In this document: positions 12,770 to 26,620 of the stretch, piece after piece | How the letters are laid out: every line of letters starts with the position of its first letter | How positions within the stretch are numbered: position 1 is the stretch's first letter | Source: Eledone cirrhosa | Lineage: Eukaryota | Direction of reading: 5' to 3' | DNA: 64,000 bases | NCBI GenBank assembly: GCA_964016885.1 | Contig: OZ024740.1 | Coordinates: 335,296,001 to 335,360,000, forward strand | Program-made: the position numbers and the translations under genes | Notes under the pieces: generated by a model | Told to the model about the DNA's origin: nothing | The model's input: only the letters and a program-made list of their open reading frames with translations | Databases searched by the model: none

Positions 12770-13340
12770 TCACAATTTTAGAAAGTCTTTGAGGTGTAGT
12801 ATATTGTCCATACATGAATAACTAGACTGAACGCTGTGAATGATGGTATTTGTGAGTGGGGGCGAAATAGTATTTTCTTTTCGCATAGAATTTCTACCTA
12901 TGCCCACACAACCTCTATAACGTTCGGTTGATTGAACCAGTTTAACCAACTTTCTCCACTCCTGAGTCCTGAAATAGAGATTTTCCTCATCAACCTGCTT
13001 CAAAGTGAATATTTAGTGTCTTTCCGTTAATCAAACAACTAAATCTTTCTGGAATTTGTTCATAGTGTGGTATTATATAAGGTCTGAGTTTTCCAAGCCA
13101 TCATCTTCGTACATTTCAGAATTATATGAGCTAATGCACATTCGAAGGGCTTCAGGTATTTACAATCCCACAAGATTCGCCCTTCTGCTCTATCATATTT
13201 CCGGAGGAAGACCTCAAAATAAGGGTATTCTTCCTTTTTTGTCCAGTAGGATTAGTTGGGGTGTGAGAGTAGTTTGTTATCAGTTTTACTACTCTAGGTG
13301 TCTATATTGGTGACAGAGGGTATTGCCATCCAAAGTTTAG
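12770..13340 (-). mobile_element. Possible decayed LINE (L1/Tx1-like) 3' coding fragment
   Basis: Interrupted protein-like frames (e.g. LYFRTQEWRKLV) in non-repetitive sequence; no diagnostic motif seen. Confidence 0.25.
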
Positions 13341-15570
13341 AAATATCAGTAGTTGAGTTTTAGACACAGAACAATAAGACGACATATTGTAGAACTAACT
13401 TCCATAAGATCCGATTTACGATAGGATATCAAGCGTATTCAATACGTTCTCAACAACAAGAAGCATTACACAACTAGAGTAATGAAACTGCAGTGCCCCA
13501 GTCAAGTAGTTCTTTGAAACAACATATATTGCAGATTTAACAAATCCGACATTTACTATAACCTCCAATAGAATATTCTACCCTAACATATAGAAAGGCC
13601 AGTTGGCTGGGTGGAACTCATAACTGGTTTAGTAGATTACATAAGAAACTGCAAATGCTACACTACGCACTTCTATACAGTTTTCTGGCTAAGCAATATT
13701 ACATAAAATGGTTTGGTGGAAGACACTTATGCTGCTCAGTAAGATCGAGTCTGTTATACCATGGCTAGGAAAAGAACATTTTCACATAACCATGTCTGTG
13801 CAACTCGTTGTAGATGAGCAACGTATCTATTTTATTCTTGATGCTTTCGTTTGGCCCTTATCTGTTCCAACTAAGTATATCAATGATCATAAGAGTGTTT
13901 CATTTAGGACTATTTAATCGAATGTATTTTCTTTTTCGGGACAATAGGGTGTAGTTTCAAGTTGATTCGGTTCCAAATTCTCACAAATCCAAATGGCAGA
14001 TAGTATTAGCAATATAAAAATAAATAGAGATATAATTTTCTTGATCCCATCTGACGATCTGCATTTTTCAAATTTTTACTCTTGCACGTCGAGCATTTAC
14101 GTACATGCTAATCTGTTGCATTATCATTTACCTACTGGACGATGAATATGTATGATATATTTAACCTATGACATTTGAACAAGATCTGGTAATCGAAACC
14201 CGTTGTTGGTCCAGTTAGGAGGTTTTCCAATATCATTTGCGTCTGAAGAATAAATGTTGCATACTTTTTTTAAGTTTGAACATATATAATTATATATATA
14301 TAAATAAGGCAGTCATATATATAAACGATGGTCTCTCCATTAGATTGATTCAACTGAATTATTTCCTCGCTAATTGTAAATGCCTTAGTTTTTAACACGT
14401 ACATGTAGTCATGAAATATTTTACCGGCTGAATAAGAGTAATACAATATATGACAAGGCAGGACTTTTGAATTACAGTTGAAATCCATAGGTTGTCTTTC
14501 CCACACAGTTTCTGCTTAGCTCATTCCTCGCGTAAGGACTGGATCTCCCCGAAGGTATAGCAAAAGACACTTTTGCAAGAGAATATCTAGAAGTATTCAC
14601 ACTATGATTTGGAATCGAACTTTCATACATTCATAAAGTCATGCTTGTATACCTACATACATACATACATACATACATACATACATACATACATACATAC
14701 ATACATACATACATACATACATACATACATACATGATGATGGCTGCCCCCTCGTTATCGAGTATGGCCATTGCACGAAAAAAAAAAAATAAATAAATAAA
14801 TAATAAATAAAATAAAATAAAAAAAGAAATATATATATATACACACATACATATATATATATACACATACATACATACATACATACATACATACATACAT
14901 ACATACATACATACATACAGACAGACAGACAGACATACGTACATACATACAAATCTAAACCCAAGCAAATATACAATTAGATATAGTGATGTGGTAGTGT
15001 GTACACTTAAAAGTAGAATTTATTAAACACACTTGAACAAAAGAAAAAAAAGGAACAATATAGTTGATTTATGGTAAATATCAGCTGAAAACTACTTCCA
15101 TTGTTCGATGTGCAGTAGAATAACATAAAGTGTTGTAATTTCTTGATTTTAATGTGTATATAAAAAACACCTACATTTAGATGCTCTCTATAAACATATA
15201 TTGTATTATGTGTACAAATCAATCATCGTTACCATTGATTTATTTATTGATTAGCTGATCTACTTTCTTATTGATTTGCTTATGGACATACATGTGTACC
15301 ACAGTGAGTTTGTCGTTTATTCTGTATGTGACCTTTGGAATAATAGTAATCTATAAGGTATATTACTATAGATACATAAATGTGCAAGGAGAAAAGCATC
15401 AATCTGTGTCTGTTTGTGTATGCCTATATATATACATACATACATATGGTGGGGTGTCTATGTGTGAGTAAATGGTAGATATATTTAGAAATTTGCATAT
15501 AATTCGTTAGTCAAAATTACAGCACACATACACATATGCACACTTCAACGCACATACATGTATGTAAATA

Positions 15571-15674
<104 letters not shown>

Positions 15675-15868
15675 ACGGAACAATAACCTAGAGACATTTA
15701 AGCAGAGCTGTATAGTTGTTCTGAAGTTATTTGTAGTAAATGTCTCTCGGCAATAAAGCAAAGGTTCCCAGCCCAGAAATGTGCTTCATTCATAGAAACC
15801 TATACAATAATTGTCTATGATTTACTACATATATATGTATGTATGTATGAATGTATGTATGTGTTTAT

Positions 15869-16050
15869 GTCAGGTCGCTCTTCAGCGCTACTGGTAACAT
15901 ATAATCCAGTACAACCTGTGCATTGTCGGGTCGTCGGTAACTAAACAGGCAAACCCACCAAGCATGCTTGGTGAGGAGGGTGCTTTGGGACACCATGGTG
16001 GATGAAAAACAAAACCCTTCAAAGGAGGGGAAGAACTCTAGAAGGTAACA
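15869..16050 (+). mobile_element. RTE-type 5' leader, diverged homologue of the 12.0 kb and 42.3 kb elements
   Basis: Shared blocks CTACTGGTAACAT..CCAGTA.AACCTG, CTAAAC.GGCAA, ACCAAG..CTTGGTGAGGAGGGTG, AAAAACAAAACC. Confidence 0.7.
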
Positions 16051-16559
16051 CTGATATAAGACCTACGACTTCGTTTGCATCTATTGATGTCGACCAGTTC
16101 TTCTGTTTGAGTAAATGCATTCGATGTTTAGAGAGTGGGATTGGCTTTCTTCACCTAAAAAGGCTTCAAGCACAGGAATCACTTGATATTTGCCATTTGT
16201 GATGCATGGCATTGCTGATCATAGGCAAGTTCCTAGCAAGACGGAAAAGCCACATCCGTAATGCTCATGCTTAAGTATCAAGCAATAGATTTACTTGAAA
16301 TCTAGTTGCAGCCATCATGTATATGTATGTATCTAGATAGGTAGGTATATATTTATTTGTGAATGTATGTAGGTAGGTAGATAGGTAGATATGTATGTAT
16401 CTATGTATGGAAGGGTGGATGGATAGATGATCGGATGGCTGCATGAAAGCATTTTTGTAACCTCACACGTATTTTCATCTGTGCGTGCATGGATGAAACG
16501 AGAAAACAAAAAAATTACCCGGATTCGACAACATACCCAGTATAATTTGGAAAGCCCCA

Positions 16560-17881
16560 AACCTTACTTCAGTCCTATATCAATTTGCAATGACACCTTA
16601 AGCAACAAAACTCATCCAAGTTGGCTAAAAGCAGGCAATATTTCTTGTCCTCAAAAAACGTGACCTCTCATCAGAGCAAAACTACCGGGGAATATCACTT
16701 ATGCCCATTGCTGCCAAGATCTACTACAAGTTAATCCTCGACCGTATAGTTCCGTATGTTGATCCAGCCCTCGCATAAACCAAAACGGTTTTAGGTGTGG
16801 TAGATCTACACTTGCAACAGACAAATGGCTCTAGTTTTTGTTGACTTTAGAACAGCCTTTGACAGCATAGAGAGAGACATTCTGTTTGAAATTCTCTTGT
16901 ATGGCATACCAGCAAGGCTTGTGGAAGCAATTAAGGCTCTCTATCTCAACACAAGTAGCACTATCACTATCCCTGATGGCCCAACAGAATTTTACATCTC
17001 AAGAGTAGTGCTATAGAGTGACACTCTTGCCCCATTTCACTTTATAATTGCACTAGACTACGCCCTGAGTCTCTCAATTGACAAAATCAATAGCAAAGGT
17101 ATAAACACCAAACCCCGCATGAGCTGTAGACACCTCTCTAAACATTTCACTGACCTAGATTTTGCGGATGACATTGCGCTTCTTGCATATTGCCCAGAAA
17201 ATACGCAACAAACTTTGACATCTCTCCAGGTAGCAGCCGACCTTGTTGGCCTACATCTCAATGAGGGTAAACATAATACATATCAAACTGTACAGGCAAC
17301 AACATCAAAGCAATCAATGGCAGTGATATCAAGCAAGTTGAGGATTCTAAGTATCTTGGGTCCTGGATAATGGACTCTGGGAAGGATTTTGCTACCAGAA
17401 AAGCCCAAGCATGGTCTGCTTGCAACAAGATGGATCGAGTTTGGCGCTCAAATCATTCCAGCCACACCAATATCAAACTCTTCAAAGTCACAATTCAACC
17501 AATCTTACTGTATGGAAGTGAAACATGGACTCTTTCATCCAAACAACAAAAACTCCTTGATGGCACCTACACTCGCATACTTCGACGCATTCAGAACAAA
17601 AGCTGGCGACATCTGACTTTGGAAGAAATATATGCCGATCTCCCACGCATATCTGTCGTTGTACGCAAACGAAGAGTGAGATTTTCTGGTCACTGCCATC
17701 ATGCCACCTCTGAGGCTGTGTCCCCACTAGTGCTTTTGAAACCACAAGCAGTCATTAATAACAGGGGGGCGCAAGCCCTGGAATCCCGATATCATCTCCA
17801 GGACTGGCAACGGCAATGAACGACAGACCCACGTGGCGATCAATTGTTGAGTCAATTTCGACTGAGGCCACCGGATGATGA
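16560..17881 (+). mobile_element. Decayed RTE-clade LINE (reverse transcriptase to 3' end)
   Basis: NYRGISLMPIAAKIY...NQNGFRCGRST (~16680-16810), FVDFRTAFDSI, LDFADDIALL, ILLYGSETWTL; several frameshifts; ends in GATGATGAT. Confidence 0.9.
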
Positions 17882-18486
17882 TTTTTAGTTTAAAACTGCA
17901 TGCGTTCCCTTATACATACGCACGTGCGTATAATGTGTGCATCTCTATACGTGTACATACACAACACAACAGATGAAGAAGGTTTTACACACATTGACAG
18001 TTCCATTCATGGCTTGTTACTATAATTTGTGATTATATAATATGCATATTCTTTCGCTTTTAGAAGACGCGTAATCCACACACACACGCAACACATACAC
18101 ACACACACACACACACACATACGCACACACACACGCACGCACATATATATATATATAATTATATATATACATAGAAATATATATGTTATAGATGTGTGAA
18201 TGCGTGTATGTATATATGTATGCGTATATGTATTTATGTATGTATGTACGTATATATGTAATTATATATGAATGGTTGTATGTGCGCACTAGTGTCGCCT
18301 TGTGTGACTTTATAGTGGATTAACGTAACTATAAATCTAGTTCAGAAGACGTTAATACTCTAAAGTCTCAGCTGATTTATGTTGATTATTGAATTCCTGT
18401 TTCATTCGCTGTACGCAGATAGCATGTACAAACTTTCACACATATACTCACACACACACATACACACACATACACACACACACTCA

Positions 18487-18526
<40 letters not shown>

Positions 18527-18777
18527 CACACACAAACGCTCACACATTTATATATATGCGTACACACATGAATATATTTATACACAATAATATATATGTG
18601 TGTGTATCTATACATACACAATCTGCTTCTTTCTCGCCCTTCATTTATACCTCCCCAGCCAGAGGACATAAAATGCTAAACGCCTGGTACCCACCCTGAT
18701 TTGTACACCTTCTCCTACGCATATAGCTGTATGACTAGAAATAACATATATCACCAAGATGTCATTATTTTTGGAAG

Positions 18778-18908
<131 letters not shown>

Positions 18909-19911
18909 TCTCTAATTTTATGGCATATATCTTACAACTTTTGTACCTGCCAAAATAGATCTTCTTAGTCAAGCATATGAAGTGTATTATTATTATACCT
19001 AATATTTTCTAAGAACACTGCAGTAGAATTTAGAATACTAGAACCGTACAAGAACAAAAGAATTGGCAGATTTTTTTTTGATTTTTTTTATTTTCAGATA
19101 CTACAATTCCAACACTTTCGTTTCCCGAAATTTTAAGCTAAAGTATATTATTTTCCCTGCACGGATTAGTTACGAGACTGTACATTTAAAGATATTATCC
19201 ACATTGTAAGTCCTCTATAGTCTTTAGTACAATAATGTATGGTAGATTCCGGTAACTTTTAGAAACTTTCTGTATCTTTGACTAAATGTAGACAGGAATT
19301 GCTTTATCTTTTCCACTCCCTCTGTGCTATAATTCATCAGAAAATTAAAAGGAAAATGTTATAGAAAATAGCAGTCATTTCTGCTTTTGATAATACACCA
19401 ACTTTCTTTTTATCAACAGATAGTTTGCTTTATTTCTCTCTGATAAATGTTATTTTATCACTTTTCGTATTGAAAATTTACATCTTTTTCTTTTCATTTA
19501 TTATACATAATAATGTTTTGTCATCACCAGAATTACATTAATAATATCAAATGTCTGATCTAATGTTACGAAAGAAAATGTTTTAGTTCATATTTTATAT
19601 TTTCTTAACTTTCACAAATGTGTTTTTCCATAAAAAATCACTTTCCTCTACGATGACATTTACATTGAGTATGATTATTTTTTTAACATAAACATCTGCT
19701 TATGTATGTTAACAATCAGTAAATATTCTCTTTTGCTTACAATTTATTTAAAAACTAATCTTCTAGTATTCTTTTGGGGAATTTTCTTATTGACGTGTAC
19801 TATGAAGCAAATGTCAGATATTAAGTATATTTTCTGTCTGTTTTTTACAGACCTTATATATTTATAGGTCTGCTCAGTTGTACAAGAAATGAACGTTTGC
19901 TGATAGTATTG

Positions 19912-19955
<44 letters not shown>

Positions 19956-21154
19956 TATCATCTTGATCGTCAATGTAATTACCATTATTCCTTCTACCAA
20001 AGGCACTACTGCTATCAACTGCATATGCTTGGAGGAACATGTACGTGGACGCTTCATCTGCAAGAAATAGTAGCCAAACGATTCTCAACTTCTGCATAGT
20101 TCTTTTAGAAAAGGATAATATAATCATTGACACCCAGTGGCCGACAAAGGCGGGATTTTGATGACTTAGAATATCTTTCATATTAGCTCTCTCCAGTCAT
20201 GTCTAACCGGAGCCTGAGACGACAACTATGTATTATTAATGTTTTCCATCATCAAATCATAAATACTAGCAGCAATTGTGCTTGTGTAAACTCAGGTCGG
20301 AAAGTAAAATTCATGTCTATATTTTGATTGTATATCGCGTTTAATTTATTAATGTTAATGAGTTCTAACGGAGAAATCTGATTTCCCAAGTGAACTTCAA
20401 GGTATTTCAGTTACGTATTAACCAGAGAGTATATCAGATATATATGATGTTGATAATTCTCTTCATTGAACGAAGTAAGAACTATTCTGTCATGTTTTAT
20501 GTATCCGTATCAAAATGAAGTAAGAAAACTTTTGTAGAAACAAGTAAGAAGTAGATTACAACTACCCAGATTATTCTAAGCTTATTTAATCATATACTCA
20601 TTGACTACAACTGAGAAGGAATCTAGAGTGGTTTTATGTTCTCTATGTTAGACATCAGAGTATGTGAAGCTGCCAAAACTGTAGGAAATCGGTTTCAAGA
20701 AAGCCATTTCACAACTGTAACAGTAAAAATTAAAGATTAAAATTTGTCTCCAGGAAAATAATGAACATTATAAAATTGAAGACAATAAAATGTTACATAA
20801 AAGATAGAAGTTTCTGTAGATGTCGCATAATGTAACTTTAAAATTAAAAGCAATGTATCAGTAGGGCTCAATAGACATTATTACATATTGGCTAGACATA
20901 AGGGGAATATAAGTGAACAAATTAAATGTTTTACTCGTGGAGCGGGGATCAGAACCTATAACGTTTAGCGAGGCGAGTTCACCATATGACAGAACCATAA
21001 TAAGAATATAAACTTTAAATCCATTAAGATATTCAATATAATATTAACTTTTACGTTTATAAATATAACATAAGAAAAGTAAGAATGCCTTTGATATGAT
21101 AAACATAAATCTGTTGTAAAGCAACAATTATTAGATTGATAGATAGATAGATAG

Positions 21155-21217
<63 letters not shown>

Positions 21218-21606
21218 GATAAGTGGAGGAATGAATGCTTGGAAATATAGGTGGATGAAAGGACGGACAGATAAATAGGCAGGCAGACAGAGAAATATGT
21301 AGACATAGGTAGCAGCATATAAATCTACATACTATTTATCATATTTAAACGAGTTCTACTGTAGATCATTTGTTTTATAGACACAAACAACAACAAAAAT
21401 TCATTCGGAGAATAATTGTGTTCTTTTTGTCCTATTTTATGGGTGTTTTGTTTCCTCTGTGTGATTATATCGCGATATACTTTGAGCTTCATCACTCCGA
21501 AAAGAAAATCTTCGTTGATCTTGAATTACATTCATTTACATATTTACTTATAAATAGCGACTGTGATTAACTTGCAAAACACTTTAACGATTGGCAGTAG
21601 ATACAA

Positions 21607-21700
<94 letters not shown>

Positions 21701-22026
21701 CATATATATATATATAAATTCTCCATTCTCCAGTACCACAAGAAAGACTGAAATACTGTACTATAGATTAACAGGACTAAGATTATAGAAACAGTAATAT
21801 TGTATAAAATATGTGTAAGTGTCATTGAGAATGTCTTTAATATTGTTTTATCATGTAAATTTCTGAATGTAGGTATTGCTAAACTTGCACGTTTAATAAG
21901 CCTCAAATGATCATTCATCATAGTGATAGAGAAAGGCATCCTCATCATAAAAATAACACCAGAAAACCAATAATGTGGCTTTGATTTTACGTTGTTGTTT
22001 TTTTATATTCTGTGAAATACCACAGT

Positions 22027-22765
22027 AATATTAATAATAATTGTTTCTACTTTTGGCACAAGGCCACCAATTATCTCAGTATATTACTGGTACTTTATTT
22101 TAACGACCCCATAAGGATGAAAGGCAAAGTTAACCTTGGCGGGATTTGAACTCAGACCGTAAAGGGCTGTAAGTCTATGTTGCAAAGCATGGCATCCGGC
22201 CCTCTACTGATACTGCCAATCCACTCCCCTAATATTAATAATAATAAGACTGGTTTTTCAATTAGTCACAAGGCCAGCAATTTTAAGGGAGAGGAAAGTC
22301 AATTAAATCGACCCCAGTGCATTACTGGTGCTTTATTTTATAGATCTCGTAAGGATGGATTTGAACTCAGAATGTAAAGGGCGGTAACTCAATGCTACAA
22401 AGCATGGTTTCCGACATTCTACCGATACTTCCAATCCACCGCCCTTAATAAAGATTTCTTATATAGGCACAAGGCCAGCAATTTTCCACCCAGTGCGTGA
22501 CTGGTACTTCATTTTATCGACCCGTAAGGATAAAAGGCACAGCTAACCTCAGTGGGATTTGAACTCGGAGCTTAAAGGGCCATAACTTTATGCCACTAAG
22601 CATGTTGACCGACGTTTTACCGATACTGCCAATCCACCGCCCTATTATTAATGATAATAAAATAATTATTATCATTATTATTATTGATGATAATATCATC
22701 ATCCTTAGGATTATTATTAGTTTTAGTAATTGCTGGCCTTGTGCCAAAAGTAGAAACAATTATTA
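22027..22765 (-). mobile_element. Cluster of three tandem Nin/Deu SINEs (- strand) plus an inverted 3' fragment (+)
   Basis: Copies ~22041-22230 (TSD AATATTAATAATAA at 22027-22040 and 22231-22244), ~22250-22445, ~22455-22642; + strand 3' end ~22725-22765. Confidence 0.85.
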
Positions 22766-23254
22766 GTTTTTTTTCTTGTTTTTTTACATGCAGAAATGCC
22801 CATTTGTATTGTCCTGTGTTGTCCTTAATGTTATACTCTGTGTCAACCCCTGTGGTTAATAAAGAAAGCATTATTTACTTGAGTAGTGTTTTATTATTAT
22901 TATTATTATTTTTACTAGCACACTTTATTAGTTCAGGAAGCATATTAAATGTTGATAACTCAACAGCTTAATGTACTTTTACTGACTTTGTTTTGTAATT
23001 TCTCGATATGTTTAAAAAAAATCGATGTGGCATGCTATGAAATATTGTGTTATTATTGATAGTTATTCTATAGAGGTCAGACTATGCAGAGAAACCTCTA
23101 CCATTGCTGCTTTCAACATTTTTCACACAGCATTTCTTTGATTGTTGGATTAAACCAACCTGCTCATATTCTAAAACGCTATCGCCATTTTAGCTGCGCT
23201 ATTAACAATATCTGTGATGTATCTATATAATCGGTTGCTATCGTTGTAGCTGCA

Positions 23255-23295
23255 ATAGTAGTGATAGCAGCAGCTGTAGCAGCAGTAGCAGCGGC

Positions 23296-23357
<62 letters not shown>

Positions 23358-23440
23358 CAGCAGCAGTAGTACTAGTAGTAGTAGTTAGGGGGAGAAGAGG
23401 TGGAGGGGAAGAGCAGTAGTAGTACTAGTAGCAGCAGCAG

Positions 23441-23537
<97 letters not shown>

Positions 23538-23560
23538 ACAGCAGCAGCAGCAGCAACAGC

Positions 23561-23613
<53 letters not shown>

Positions 23614-23617
23614 AGCA
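23255..23617. repeat. Compound (TAG)n/(CAG)n trinucleotide microsatellite
   Basis: Directly visible. Confidence 0.95.
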
Positions 23618-24836
23618 GAGGGTGATTTTTTATTGGTGTCAATGTGGTGGTGGTGGTGTAGTGATGTTGTGCTTGTTTTGTCGAAGTGGTGATACTGGTG
23701 TTCGGGGTGGCAATGGTTGTCATTCTGATTTTTATATTACCTTTCTGTTTTGTATATTCCTCTTCTTGTTTTTGTCCGGCATATCAAAGACGTTTCACTC
23801 GTGATCATCATGTCTATATTTAGAACTACATTATCAAATACGTTACTTTCAACGACGCTATGATGTGATATTAAGTTATTTTATTGCTATTTCTATCAGG
23901 TTGATTAGCATGTAGAATCACATTCGATGGCTTGACATTTTTCAAATGTTACCAGAAGTTTACTGAAGACCTATTTTCGTTTGGAGCATTAATTATAACT
24001 GCTCCTACAATTTGCCTACCTGCGCATTATACGAGCCCTTCTGAAAATCTCTTAGAAAGAGCATCTACCTACACAAAGTATATGGCAGTATTTTTACAAT
24101 CACTGCTATAATTAAAGAGATGCACCGCATTTTAAGACTGTGTTGGCGATTTAAGCAAGGACATTTTAGTGATACTCCTATGGACAATTCGTTGACCACT
24201 TCTGTACGGATACGGAATGATGTTATATTGTTTCTCCGAAAGCCATGTGGTTTTGGAGTAGGTGGCTGTGATCGAATAGTACAACCTGAGCAAGCTTGAT
24301 CTGTTGAAAGTTATCTAGAGAAATGTACGAAACAAACACCTGAGGCCGAGGAGATAGACTTTACTGCAGGTAGTGATTTCTAGCTACGTGAGTTGGAATA
24401 TGTTATGTGAGACTCTGAAACGATGACAAAGTTTTCTCGACCGTTAACCACCAAATGGTTCGCCGAAGTGAGAGTTCTCCTTCATTTCCGTAATTGTAAC
24501 AAAATCTACCCAGGAAATTCTCCAGGGATAAGTTTGACTCATAATTTTAATAACGCATTAAATGTTTTTCTAGCTGTTCTTTATTAGATTGCATTTCCTA
24601 GATTTCTTGCGTGTTATAGCAAAGTTAGTATCATGTTTCCATTTTTCCAACAGCAGAGGGTGGCAATTGACCACAGAACGTACGGAACAAGAGTAGACAC
24701 CACAAGGCATTTTGTCGGACTCTCTAAAAGTTTTACTAACTCACTGACAGGGATCAATATTTTATCGACCTCGAAATAATGGAAGGGAAAATTGAATTCG
24801 GTGAGATTTGAACTAAAAATATTATTAGAAACACAT

Positions 24837-25020
24837 AATTGTTTCTACTTTTGGCACAAGGCCAGCAAATTTTCCAGTGCATTACTGGTACTTTATTTTA
24901 TCGACCCCGTAAGGATAAAAGTCAAAGTTAACCTCGGCGGGATTTGAACTCAGAATGGCAAGGACCGTAACTCTATGCGTCAAAGCATGGCGCCGACCCT
25001 CTACTGATACTGCCAATCCA
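24837..25020 (-). mobile_element. Nin/Deu-domain tRNA SINE
   Basis: Near full-length reverse complement of the 30291-30484 copy; an older degenerate copy lies at ~24660-24815. Confidence 0.85.
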
Positions 25021-26429
25021 ATGTAAGGCATACAATCAAACGCTCTTATGATACCGCCATTTCGCCGCCTATTGCTACTTGTTAGATGGCAAATTCAAAT
25101 CTAACTAACATCAGCCAGCGTGGAGGAGATAACCACTTACGTATGTGTGGCAAAAATGCTGATCAAATTATGTTCAATCATTAGCACAGTATCCCATTCT
25201 TATTTTGTATATCTCCAAGGCTTGTTTGACAGCTGAACTACACGAAGTGAGTAAATGAAATAATTGACCAGTGTAATTGCAAGAAATAAAACTCTAAACT
25301 AAATCTCAAATTTTATAACTGTCATTGTGACCAACAAGGAGTTGTTCACAGAATAATCTTTTACCATCTGTACACGACTATCTATGTTCTAGAATTGCCA
25401 TTTTTTCAATAACGATGATGTTATCTCTTTCTCATTCTCCGTTAAGCGAACGTTCTGGCGTTTGGCCAGCCGCTTAAAACAAAATTCAGCAGGATGCTTT
25501 TACGCCACATCACTTTCAGTTTTCATTTGAACATCAAGTAGACACGTAAAGATATTTACATTTTCTTCTTTCTTTTAATTTTATTTTCTTTAAAACGCTT
25601 CCAGTATTTAATGTAGCATAGTCTTGCTTGATGAGTTACCTTTGTGCTTTAAAATACCAAATCGACTAAAAGTCATTTTATCTTGGTTCCAATGCTTGAT
25701 CCAATTGCTGTGAAAACAATGATCTCTATTTTGGTCTATCAACCAAATTATCCAACATAACGAGCCAAGCCAAACATTCGAATTGAAATATTCCTAACGA
25801 TTCCAGCTAATGTATTTTTTTCTTTCACTTTCAAAGGTGCTGCTCTCACAGTAAGAAATAAATACCTGTGTCTTATACATAGCTACATTCTGGCTTAAAA
25901 GTGTTTGCAATGAGAGAACGTAAAATGAACTATCACTTATGTAATAAAGAATATCAAGGAAATATATATAAATATAAAAACAGTGAGGGTGTGCGTTTGA
26001 AACACCTCATTATTTAAACATTCTGATATTAACTAATAGAGCACTCAATACTAGAAGAAGAGAAATAGCATTGACTTAGAAGATCCAGCTTAGTCGCTTT
26101 ATAATTTGGATGTTTTCTTCGCTTTTTAAAATGTTAGCCTTCTTCTCTTTGGAGTGGGTTGATACTATTTATTAGATCTCTCAAAGCATAGCTTCTCACA
26201 ATCTTTCCAGTGAACAATGCATGCTACGTTTTCATGTCTTCTTGTATTCTCTTTGGGAAAGTTTGGAGCATTCGTTTACAATGTGGCTTATAGTCTCTCC
26301 TTTAGCTCCACACATCATACTAAAAAATGAATCATTACTTTTATTAATATGGTAATTGGCATGATTTGCCCACAAGAATTGCTCCTGTGCAACGCAGACT
26401 CCCAAATAAAGAGGGATGTAACTATATAC

Positions 26430-26620
26430 CTTACCATTTGCAGCATAGAGTTACGCCTCTTTGTATTGTGTTCAATTCCTGTCGAGGTTAACTTTGCGTT
26501 TCATCCTTACTCGGTCGATAAAATAAAACACCAATAATGCAATGCAGTCGATTTAATCGGGTTCCGCCCACACTAAAATTGCTGGCATTGTGCCTAAATC
26601 AGAATTCATTATTATTATTT
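26430..26620 (+). mobile_element. Nin/Deu SINE (5'-truncated) ending in (ATT)n
   Basis: GTCGAGGTTAACTTTGCGTTTCATCCTTACTCGGTCGATAAAATAAAACACCAA...TTGTGCC..AGAATTCATTATTATT. Confidence 0.75.

Noticed and set aside
19744-20181. 145-aa ORF with a poly-Asp tract
   Set aside because: Extended by a (CAT)n repeat; no recognisable domain
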